Assembly (NCBI GenBank): GCA_965219995.1
Contig: CBDCOX010000002.1
Location: forward strand, 4,032,001 to 4,096,000
From: Candidatus Latescibacterota bacterium
Lineage (GTDB): Bacteria; Latescibacterota; UBA2968; GCA-2709665
Direction of reading: 5' to 3'
DNA: 64,000 bases
Below are positions 9,213 through 17,348 of the stretch, piece by piece. Each line of letters starts with the position of its first letter. The first letter of the stretch is position 1. The notes under the pieces were generated by a model that ran no database searches, was not told the DNA's origin, and saw only the letters and a program-made list of their open reading frames with translations. Made by a program: the position numbers and the translations under genes.

Positions 9213-9529
9213 CGCATTTAGAATAGTCGCCGCTGGGCGCGGGGCCTGCTATATGCACAGCGCGAATCCCCTCACAGGATGCACAGGATCCTCTGCCCTG
9301 AGACTCTCGGAGGAACATCTAACCGCGTCACTGGACGGATAAGCGCGCTCTGCTCTGGTAGTCCTCCTGTCAGGAAGTACCTTTGTAGACCGATTGACCC
9401 CTGGATGATGAGGACACCAGTTCGCAATAAGCGGCCAGCTTGAAATGAAAATCAGCTCACGCGGTGACACTATCCGTATCGACAAACTCGCCGCGGGCAG
9501 AACAATCAACACATCGAGAATGCATAAGG

Positions 9530-12361
9530 ATGTACAGGGAAAACTATCGAATATTGAGTGCGTTGCGATGTCTGTTCGTCGCGGTGCTTTTCATTGCCGT
9601 CTCAACAAACGCCGAGGAGATCAATACCATGAAGACAGGAGAAGGTGCCAGTGCTCATGCCGGGGCCCGAATTTTTGCATTGGAAGGACAGGTCGTCCTG
9701 CAGGCGGAGGAAGCCGTCATAGACCCCGGTCGGACGGAAATTGTCATGCAAGGTTCGTTCGCCAGTGAGAAAGGCGTTGCGCTCAAGGCTGAAATGGCCA
9801 CCAGCGTGGGTTCGCCGGGGGCCGAACCGGATCTCGTATTCAAGGTGCGGGCGGCCAGGGCGGGGCGGTACGTGATTCGCACGCACGCGGCCACGGACGC
9901 CCGGGGAAGTGAGGCGATGCGCAAGGCCGGGAGCAAATTCGATTCGCTGTTCCTGGCGATCGCCGTGGACGACGGCCGCCCCACCCGGCGCGTGGTGTTC
10001 GTGCCGTGGAGCCGACCGGAGAGCTGTACGCAGAGTACCGGAAAGTTCGATCTCAACGGACGGGAGCAGGAGATCCGGATCTGGCTGCCTGCGGGCGTGC
10101 GCCTCGATTATCTGGAAGTCAGCCCGTACAGGCCGCCGGAAGTCCCATCGACGGCGGCCGACTATCAGCCGTCGGTCGTTCCGCCGGCGTCCCGGCCGCG
10201 TATCTGGGTGAACGAGCAGTCGCTGCCGTGGGTTCGGGCGAACCTGATGAAGGGTGAAAACACGCCGCTGTGGGCCCAGGTCAGGCAAACCGCGGCCGAA
10301 CCATTCGCATTCGAGGTCGAGCCGGGTACGGAAATCAGGTATAACGCGAAACTTGAAAAAGCGGCCGTCGCCAGGGCATTCGTCTACCTGATGACGGGTG
10401 AAGAGACGCCCGGCCGGGAAGCGGTGGCGCTGGTCCGCGACTATCTCGGCGCCGTGGAATTCGGAAATCTGCTCGACATTACCCGGGAAATCGGCCGCGC
10501 CATCTACTCGGCCGCACTCGTTTACGACTGGTGCTATGAACTGATGACACCGGAAGACCGGGAAAGCATCCGCGGCGACCTCATGCGTCTGGCCGACGAC
10601 ATGGAAATCGGCTGGCCGCCGTTCAAGCAGATCATCGTCAACGGCCACGGCAATGAGGCGCAGGTCAACCGCGACCTGCTCTGCATGGCCATTGCCATCT
10701 ACGACGAGGATCCGGTACCCTACCAATACTGTGCGTACCGCATCCTGGAAGAACTGGTGCCCATGCGCCGGTTCGAATACCAGTCTCCGCGCCACAACCA
10801 GGGCGTCAGTTACGGCCCGTACCGGTTCGCCTGGGATATGCACGCCGCCTGGCTGTTCTACCGCATGTCCGGCAAGCGGGTCTTCGACGACAACATCTCG
10901 GACGTCTGCAAGTTCTGGCTCTACATGCGCCTGCCGAACGAAGAGACCTTCCGGGACGGCGACGGATTCTCCGACGGCAGGCCCGCAAGCCTCGGAGCCA
11001 CGGCACTGCTCAGCTACGCCTACAGCAACGATCCCGTCCTCAAGCGCGATTTCGAGCGGCAGGGCGGCCTGCCTTCCGACCCGATTCTGGTGCTGCTGCT
11101 GAACGACCCGGACCTGGAGGCGGCGGAGAATTTCGATTCATTGCCGAGGACCCTGGATTTCGGTCCGGTCATCGGGTCCATGGTTGCCCGGACCGGCTGG
11201 AGTATGGGCTCGGGGGTGTCCGACGTGGTCGTGGAAATGAAGGGCGGGGGTTATCACTTCGGCAATCACCAGCATGCTGACGCGGGGAGTTACCAGATCT
11301 ACTACCGGGGGCTGCAGGCGGCGGATCTCGGGCAGTACCATTTCTATGGCACGCCCTACGACTTCAATTTCTGCAAACGTTCGATTTCTCACAGCATGAT
11401 GCTGGCTGTGGATCCGAATGAGAAGTTCCTTCGCGATACGGCCAATGACGGAGGCGCCCGGTTCATTCAATCCTGCCCCACCACGCCGGAGCAGGCCCGT
11501 ACGGATCCGACATTCGCCAACGGGGAGATTCTGTCGGCCGATTTCGGCCCGTCGCCGCAGCGGCCGTTCTACAGTTACTTCTCGGTGGACCTGACATCGG
11601 CATACAGCGATAAGATCGTTGACTACGTCCGGACCTTCTGCTTCCTGAACCTGGACAACTCAGAGAACCCCGCGGCGCTGATCGTGCTGGATAACATGAC
11701 GACTGCCAGACCGGAGTTCAGGAAATACTGGCAGGTCAACACCCTCAACCCGCCCGAAAAGACGGCCGACGGCGTCATCCTGAGAAACAGCAGCGACGAC
11801 GTGACCGGCAAGGTCGTGCTCCGAATGCTGCGGCCGAAGGCGGGCGAGCGGAACCTGCAGGTCCTGAGCGGCAAGGACGCAAACAGCGTGTTCGGACAGT
11901 TCTTCACGCCGCCGAAACCGGACCGGCCGGAGGCGAACGGCCATCGCGTGATGTTCTCCCGAGCCAGCGAGCAGGAAAACGACGTGTTTCTGACGGTGAT
12001 GTCGATGTCTGACGAACGCGCGCCCGATGTGCCGGTCGATCTTGTGGAACTCCCTGACGCCTTTGTTTTGACGCTTGCCGACCGGGTCGTGGTCCTGAGC
12101 AGGTCCGGCAAGCTGCTCAGGCAGACGCTGCAGGTGAACGTGGGGGAGGATGGGAACTTCCAATTACTGGTGGCGGGCCTGGCTCCGGGCGCGTGGAGTA
12201 TCAGCGACCGGGACGGCAGGGTCCGTTTCAACTCGCGTGTCGACGCAAACAGAAACACCGCCTTCTTCGTGGTTCCGGGCGGGGCATATACGGTTCAGCC
12301 CGAAGCCATCCCCGGCGCACCCGAGTTCCACGCCGCACAGGACTTCATGCCCGCCCGTTGA
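9530..12361 (+). CDS. Secreted heparinase II-like polysaccharide lyase (PL21-like) with an extra N-terminal beta domain, 943 aa
   Basis: Signal peptide (LFVAVLFIAVSTNA). Motifs ALVYDWCY, NGHGNE...RDLL, HNQGVSY, ARTGW, GNHQHADAGSYQIYYRG and RSISHS correspond to heparinase II motifs. Confidence 0.82.
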   Translation: MYRENYRILSALRCLFVAVLFIAVSTNAEEINTMKTGEGASAHAGARIFALEGQVVLQAEEAVIDPGRTEIVMQGSFASEKGVALKAEMATSVGSPGAEPDLVFKVRAARAGRYVIRTHAATDARGSEAMRKAGSKFDSLFLAIAVDDGRPTRRVVFVPWSRPESCTQSTGKFDLNGREQEIRIWLPAGVRLDYLEVSPYRPPEVPSTAADYQPSVVPPASRPRIWVNEQSLPWVRANLMKGENTPLWAQVRQTAAEPFAFEVEPGTEIRYNAKLEKAAVARAFVYLMTGEETPGREAVALVRDYLGAVEFGNLLDITREIGRAIYSAALVYDWCYELMTPEDRESIRGDLMRLADDMEIGWPPFKQIIVNGHGNEAQVNRDLLCMAIAIYDEDPVPYQYCAYRILEELVPMRRFEYQSPRHNQGVSYGPYRFAWDMHAAWLFYRMSGKRVFDDNISDVCKFWLYMRLPNEETFRDGDGFSDGRPASLGATALLSYAYSNDPVLKRDFERQGGLPSDPILVLLLNDPDLEAAENFDSLPRTLDFGPVIGSMVARTGWSMGSGVSDVVVEMKGGGYHFGNHQHADAGSYQIYYRGLQAADLGQYHFYGTPYDFNFCKRSISHSMMLAVDPNEKFLRDTANDGGARFIQSCPTTPEQARTDPTFANGEILSADFGPSPQRPFYSYFSVDLTSAYSDKIVDYVRTFCFLNLDNSENPAALIVLDNMTTARPEFRKYWQVNTLNPPEKTADGVILRNSSDDVTGKVVLRMLRPKAGERNLQVLSGKDANSVFGQFFTPPKPDRPEANGHRVMFSRASEQENDVFLTVMSMSDERAPDVPVDLVELPDAFVLTLADRVVVLSRSGKLLRQTLQVNVGEDGNFQLLVAGLAPGAWSISDRDGRVRFNSRVDANRNTAFFVVPGGAYTVQPEAIPGAPEFHAAQDFMPAR

Positions 12362-12497
12362 CGGGCGGTGGGCGGAAAGCAGGTGGGAAGGTGATATGCA
12401 GCTATCTGTAGATCCGGCCTCGTCCTGTCGCAGATTCGCGTTGTTCAGTCGCAATCGAATACGTTGAAGTGAACGCGCGACCCGTTTAACGATCCCA

Positions 12498-12585
12498 TCA
12501 CTCCCCCCTTGAGGGGGAGTCGCAGAAGCCGAGCCGGTTCCCTGAGCCTGTCGAAGCGGCCGGCGACGGCTGATGCGGTGGGGGG
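12498..12585. repeat. Composite REP-like element between convergent genes
   Basis: Hairpin actccccc-cttga-gggggagt at 12500-12520, plus tccctgagcctgtcgaag at 12539-12556, whose inverse recurs at 51816-51835. Confidence 0.7.
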
Positions 12586-12653
12586 ATTTCAACGCATTGA
12601 CGAATTCAAGCACCAGGAATAAATCTGCATGAGAATTGCATTGAAGTCTTACT

Positions 12654-13823
12654 CTAATATTCCTGGATATCTGCGTTCTGGCGAAACGCTGCCAGGTCGA
12701 GGTCCCCTCGACTGTACGCATCCACGTCCCGCTTCTTGACCTTTAGCACAAGGCCACGCGGGTCGGATGAACTCCTGCCCAATCTGGGCGGAAAGCGCAC
12801 TTCCACTACAATGTATTCCTCGGGTTTGAGGGTGCGCAGCGTATAACCGTAGTTTCCCACGATTTCAACGAGCTCCTTCTTAAACCGATCCTTCGGTTTA
12901 TTTCCAATCTCTATCGCTGTGCCCGGTCTCACCTGATAGGTTACCGCTTTGGAATCATTCTTCCTTCTAACATGAATCGCCGTGCCACGGAACCCGCCTC
13001 TCACGTTTACAAAGAAGATCGCCCCCAGACCTTTCTGGTATATACCAAGAGTCCCGTCCAATCTCCGCACGCTATGTTCGGTTTGCTTCAGCGCCTTGTC
13101 CAGGATCGTAGCCATGACGCCGATCTTTTTCATTGTGGACGCATCCGGCCGGTGGTCGCGAAAGGCAATCCGCTTCCTGAACTCCGCCTCGTCAATTTTC
13201 TCACGGCGGTAAGCGACGATGTCTCTTTTCTTGCTTGTCACCTCCAGGTAGACCGGTTCGGACAACCCTGAATGAGGCTGTTTGTTCCTTACCGCCCCCA
13301 TATGCATCACTTCGCCTGGAATTCCTCTTTCAACACCATACACGACGCCGCGATCAGGCATATGATGGACCATGACAGTTATTTTTTCTTTGTCGTCTAA
13401 CTGGCGGATGCCATCCGCGTACGTTCCCAAGAAATCCACAAGCCGATTCCTGAGGGCAACGCGACGTTTTTTCCGCCGCTCCGCGATGTCCTTCTGGTAA
13501 TCCTTCTCTTCAAACTCCAACCCCTCCAACCCGGACTCTTTAAGTATTCGCATCCGATAATCTAGGCCGGATTCGCCCGGACCACGTTCTTCTTCGATAA
13601 GAAAGATCACGCCGTAATTGTCGAAGTGTAGTCCCCGTACCTGCGGTCCTCGGTGGATGCCAGCAAATCTGGGCGTATTCTGAGCGTGTAGATTCTTCAG
13701 AATGCCTTCCATGATGTCCAGGTCCTGCTTCATCCGCTTTCGGTCGATTTCGGCATCGACGGGGAATGCGGGAAGGGAGAGGCATATGGCGGTTGCGATG
13801 GCGAAAATACGATGGGTCTTCAT
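12654..13823 (-). CDS. Secreted hypothetical protein with two internal repeats, third gene of the ECF operon, 389 aa
   Basis: Signal peptide MKTHRIFAIATAICLSLPAFPVDA. Duplicated unit (DLDIMEGILK..GLHFDNYGVIF..YADGIRQL / KIGVMATILD..GIYQKGLGAIF..YGYTLRTL). Visibly lower GC than the flanks. Confidence 0.75.
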   Translation of the reverse strand: MKTHRIFAIATAICLSLPAFPVDAEIDRKRMKQDLDIMEGILKNLHAQNTPRFAGIHRGPQVRGLHFDNYGVIFLIEEERGPGESGLDYRMRILKESGLEGLEFEEKDYQKDIAERRKKRRVALRNRLVDFLGTYADGIRQLDDKEKITVMVHHMPDRGVVYGVERGIPGEVMHMGAVRNKQPHSGLSEPVYLEVTSKKRDIVAYRREKIDEAEFRKRIAFRDHRPDASTMKKIGVMATILDKALKQTEHSVRRLDGTLGIYQKGLGAIFFVNVRGGFRGTAIHVRRKNDSKAVTYQVRPGTAIEIGNKPKDRFKKELVEIVGNYGYTLRTLKPEEYIVVEVRFPPRLGRSSSDPRGLVLKVKKRDVDAYSRGDLDLAAFRQNADIQEY

Positions 13824-13844
13824 ATTTCAATCTCCCTCAGTTTA

Positions 13845-14555
13845 TCATTCGGTGGTGGGAGGTGCGTACGGATCCGCCTGCGCGTATGTTACCGCAAGCA
13901 GGTGGTGCAGGAGGTCTTCGGTACGTAGAAAGCGGTTCTTCGTCGATCCCTCGATTTCCTGCAGGCCCTGGCCTACGAGCACCAGGTCGCGACGGCGCTG
14001 GGATTCCAGGTCCCGGGCGAACTGTTCGAGGATAAGACCGAGTTCCAGGCGTTGACGGTTGTGCCCGTCGTCGATTAACTCCTGAATCAGCGCCAGGGAC
14101 TGATGTTGGACCTGGATCAACTCGGCCCGCGTGACCGGCGTTTCGCGAACCCCTTCAGAGGGTTCGAGATCTTCAACTGCGGGGAGCCGCAGCTTCACGT
14201 GTAGACCCCCCTCCCCGTCGTATCGCGCCTCGAAGTTCAAGACGGCGAAAACGAGAATGACCGCCGCCAGTCCCAGGGTCACGCCCGGCGCCACCCACCG
14301 CCGGCTGCCCGCGGACGTCCGCCGCGGTAGAATGGCCTTCCACCAGGGGGTTTTCTCGGGCACGAAGACGAGGCTCGCGGGCGGGACTTCATCCGCCCAG
14401 GCGCGCATCAGGGTCCTGGTCCGCCCCAGCCTCTCCAGAGCTTGTGCGCAGGCAGGACAGGTGCTGACGTGGGATTCGATTCCGGCTTTCCCCTCGGCAT
14501 CGACTTCGTCGTAGAGATAGCCTATGAGTTTCTCTCTGGGCAGTTCACATTTCAT
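13845..14555 (-). CDS. Zinc-finger (zf-HC2) transmembrane anti-sigma factor, 236 aa
   Basis: C...LIGYLYDE...HVSTCPAC (HxxxCxxC) and one TM helix; overlaps the stop of the sigma gene. Confidence 0.88.
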   Translation of the reverse strand: MKCELPREKLIGYLYDEVDAEGKAGIESHVSTCPACAQALERLGRTRTLMRAWADEVPPASLVFVPEKTPWWKAILPRRTSAGSRRWVAPGVTLGLAAVILVFAVLNFEARYDGEGGLHVKLRLPAVEDLEPSEGVRETPVTRAELIQVQHQSLALIQELIDDGHNRQRLELGLILEQFARDLESQRRRDLVLVGQGLQEIEGSTKNRFLRTEDLLHHLLAVTYAQADPYAPPTTE

Positions 14556-15135
14556 AGTCGATCGTCTCCCGGGTGATGTTCCATTGGTCCATAACCTTTC
14601 TGAGATTTCCGAGGCCGTAGTAGAGTCGGGATTTTACCGTATTGACCGGCAGTTTCAGAATGTCGGCGATTTCGGTGAATTTCAGACGCTGGTATTCCTT
14701 CATGACGACGATTGTCCGTTGTTCATGCGGAATGCACTGCAACGCCCGGTTGAGCAGATCGCGAAGTTCGCACTCTTGAATTCCGGAATCTGTTTGCGGC
14801 GATGCTCTCGCCATTCCGTCCGGTCGCTGGTCGACGCCGGTTTCCAGACGCTCGAGTGAGATCGTCGGACGCCTCTTCCTTCTCCTCAGTTCGTCCCGGC
14901 ACGTATTGACCGCGATCTGATAGATCCAGGTGGAGAACTTTTCGGGATCCCGCAGCCGGCGGAGGTTTCGGTGAGCTTTGATGAGGACCTTCTGGCTCAG
15001 GTCATGCGCTTCCTCTCGGTCTCCGACCTGGCGCAGGATGAAGTTATAGAGCCTGCTTTGCCACCGCCCAACCAGTCCGTTAAAGGCATGCGACTCGCCG
15101 TTGCGGAATCGCCTGATCAACTGGGCGTCCGTCAT
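14545..15135 (-). CDS. ECF RNA polymerase sigma factor, 196 aa
   Basis: MTDAQLI...AFNGLVGRW...AHDLSQ...FSTWIYQIAVN (region 2); EIADILKLPVNTVKSRLYYG (region 4); RBS GGAGG. Confidence 0.93.
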   Translation of the reverse strand: MTDAQLIRRFRNGESHAFNGLVGRWQSRLYNFILRQVGDREEAHDLSQKVLIKAHRNLRRLRDPEKFSTWIYQIAVNTCRDELRRRKRRPTISLERLETGVDQRPDGMARASPQTDSGIQECELRDLLNRALQCIPHEQRTIVVMKEYQRLKFTEIADILKLPVNTVKSRLYYGLGNLRKVMDQWNITRETIDYEM

Positions 15136-15184
15136 CTGTCCTCCGGTGCGGAAAATCGCGGATTCCTGAAGTCCTCTGCATGTG

Positions 15185-15210
15185 TGACGACGAGATTGAC
15201 GGAAAAGTTC
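15185..15210 (-). promoter_or_regulatory. Putative ECF-type (autoregulatory) promoter GAACTT-N16-GTCA
   Basis: The minus strand reads gaactt ttccgtcaatctcgtc gtca, 50 nt upstream of the sigma ATG. It matches the AAC/(C)GTC pattern of ECF promoters. Confidence 0.6.
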
Positions 15211-15488
15211 TGTGGCGCTGTCAAAGACTCTGTATTTTTTTCGAAGTGAGTTAAACCGTTCGCATAACGGAATCCACGAAGCAGCCAGGATCACGGGTAT
15301 GTGTCAGGATACCGATTGACATCATAAGGGATTTTAATCATGGTTGGATCCGAGTTGCACCTTGCACATCGGTTCCGCGGGATTTCGATCTGCGTGAGCA
15401 CGCAATAGGTGGCGGCAATGACGTGTCTAACCTGCGAGACCTTCTTGGGATCCTGGCGGGGAGAATGCACGATAACAGGAGAACGTGA

Positions 15489-16283
15489 ATGATATCGACT
15501 TTGCGGCAGGAATATGATGAGAAGGGTTTTTGCATCTCGCGGGGGGCCATCGACGCGGGTCTTGCGGCCGAAACGGTCGAGCACGTGCAGTGGTTGGTCA
15601 AAAGGCATCCCGACACCCGGCCCGAGAAATTGCACCATCGATTGCTTGTGGACGATCCGTTTATGCACCGCGTGGTCTGCGACGACCGGCTGCTGGATAT
15701 TGCAGCACAATTCATCGGACCCAACGTGGCCATGTTCGGCGCGCATTATATCGCCAAGAAACCCGAGACCGGGCAAGCCGTGCGTTGGCACCAGGACGGG
15801 TCCTACTGGCCGCTGGAGCCGATGGAGGTGACGACGCTGTGGGTCGCCGGCACGGACTCCACCGTGGAAAACGGGTGCATGCGGGTCCTGCCGGGGTCGC
15901 ACACCCGGCAACTTCTGGATGCCTCGGAGATGGTGAAACTGGACACCGAAAAGTACGTTCTCGGCATTGGGATGCGCCCCGATCAGATCGATGAAGCCGA
16001 CGCCGTCGACATCGAACTCAAGGCAGGGGATATTTCCATCCACCATCCCAACATCATCCACGGATCGAACAGCAATACGTCGGACCAGTGGCGTGTGGGG
16101 CTCACCCTTCGCTATATTCCCACCAGCACTCGCGTCACACGGAAAGAACAGCGGTCCATCCTGTGCTGCGGGGAGGTGGTCCCCGAGGTCGGAAACCACT
16201 ATGTGCCGCGGCCGAAATACGTCGAAGGAAAACACATGCCGTTCGCCGGGTGTGAGGCGTGGGTGGGGGATGACTGCCGGTAG
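15489..16283 (+). CDS. PhyH family Fe(II)/2OG oxygenase, 264 aa
   Basis: WHQDGSYW, TLWVA, NGCMRVLPGSH, IIHGS and RVGLTLRY motifs; RBS AGGAG. Confidence 0.92.
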   Translation: MISTLRQEYDEKGFCISRGAIDAGLAAETVEHVQWLVKRHPDTRPEKLHHRLLVDDPFMHRVVCDDRLLDIAAQFIGPNVAMFGAHYIAKKPETGQAVRWHQDGSYWPLEPMEVTTLWVAGTDSTVENGCMRVLPGSHTRQLLDASEMVKLDTEKYVLGIGMRPDQIDEADAVDIELKAGDISIHHPNIIHGSNSNTSDQWRVGLTLRYIPTSTRVTRKEQRSILCCGEVVPEVGNHYVPRPKYVEGKHMPFAGCEAWVGDDCR

Positions 16284-16296
16284 AGGAGAGCATGTC

Positions 16297-16581
16297 ATGG
16301 CGACGAACCAGTACCAGCCCGATTACGCGGTTCCACCCGGTTGGATCCTGGAGGAACGCCTTCCAGCCCATGGCATTTCGCCTGCTGAGTTCGCAAGCAG
16401 ATGCGACAGATCGGCCAAGCTAATCAGCGAGATTGTCACCGGAAAGGCACCTATCGAACCGAAGACGGCACTGCAGTTCGACAGGGTATTGGGAGTCAAT
16501 GCCGGTATCTGGCTCGGTATCGAGGACGATTATAAGTTGCACCAGAACCGCGATATGGATCCTCGGCGCGAAAATAAGTGA
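16297..16581 (+). CDS. higA: HigA-family HTH antitoxin, orphan and possibly truncated, 94 aa
   Basis: YQPDYAVPPGWILEERL...SPAEFA...LISEIVTGKAPI....ALQFDRVLG.....WL; RBS GAGGAG. No higB adjacent. Confidence 0.72.
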   Translation: MATNQYQPDYAVPPGWILEERLPAHGISPAEFASRCDRSAKLISEIVTGKAPIEPKTALQFDRVLGVNAGIWLGIEDDYKLHQNRDMDPRRENK

Positions 16582-16817
16582 TACAGTTTCCGCTTAAGAA
16601 CCAGGCAACAATTGAGGGGCGAAGAACGATGGGGGATGCATCAGTAGCGGTTCTTGGGCAAAACAGAATGCAGAACGCCGGTGTGACGCCACATGTCTCG
16701 GGTCTGTCCGAGCAGATTCCGCATGTGGAGAATGTGGTGACGGTCACGCGGCGTCGGTTCACGAAGCAATGTGAGCACACTCCTGAGGAGACCGCAGCGC
16801 AATGAGGAGGAAATCTG

Positions 16818-17042
16818 ATGTCAGGGCAAGGTTCGGCCGGCAATGTCCTTGCGGCTCTATGTAGTTTATTCGTACCCGGTTTGGGCCAGTTGCTTCAAGG
16901 ACGTTTGCTCATGGCCCTCATCCAGTTTTGCACGGCGGCCCTGCTGTGGTTCGTCCTGTTGGGGTGGGTGATTCACCTGTGGTCAATTCTGGACGCGGCT
17001 CGGTGGAAGCCGCCGGATGATCCAACTCGTGCGAGCGGTTGA
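16818..17042 (+). CDS. Small membrane protein, 74 aa
   Basis: RBS GAGGAGG; LAALCSLFVPGLGQLLQGR motif followed by hydrophobic helices and HLWSILDAA. Confidence 0.75.
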   Translation: MSGQGSAGNVLAALCSLFVPGLGQLLQGRLLMALIQFCTAALLWFVLLGWVIHLWSILDAARWKPPDDPTRASG

Positions 17043-17272
17043 GGCGATGGCACGGGCTTCTCGCTCGCATGCGATTCTGCGTCAATCCGGAAAACAGGGC
17101 GAGGGAAGTTGCCGCGATCGACGCACCGGTGTCTAGAACATCGTTCCTTGGATGCGGCATCTCGTGGCGAGGATGGGTCGAAACCTTAGCTGGCGTATGA
17201 TGTAAACATACCTATATTCAATACAACACAACCCAGCGGTCCGTGCAGAGCGGCCGATGTGAGTTTTTTTTG

Positions 17273-17305
17273 ACGCCCGGCGCGCGCGGTTCCGGGCGTA
17301 TTTTT
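17273..17305 (+). terminator. Terminator-like hairpin just upstream of the 24-kb plus-strand gene run
   Basis: acgcccgg-N11-ccgggcgt followed by attttt. Confidence 0.4.
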
Positions 17306-17348
17306 ATTGCGGCCGAGAGGGTTTTCGAGTCGCGAGGAGGGCTGTACG

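Noticed and set aside
9249-9512. 87-aa minus-strand ORF or structured ncRNA upstream of the heparinase gene
   Set aside because: No recognisable protein motif or riboswitch consensus. An Rfam scan would be needed.
16578-16805. 75-aa ORF as the missing toxin of HigA
   Set aside because: No RelE/HigB-like features are recognisable and coding support is weak.
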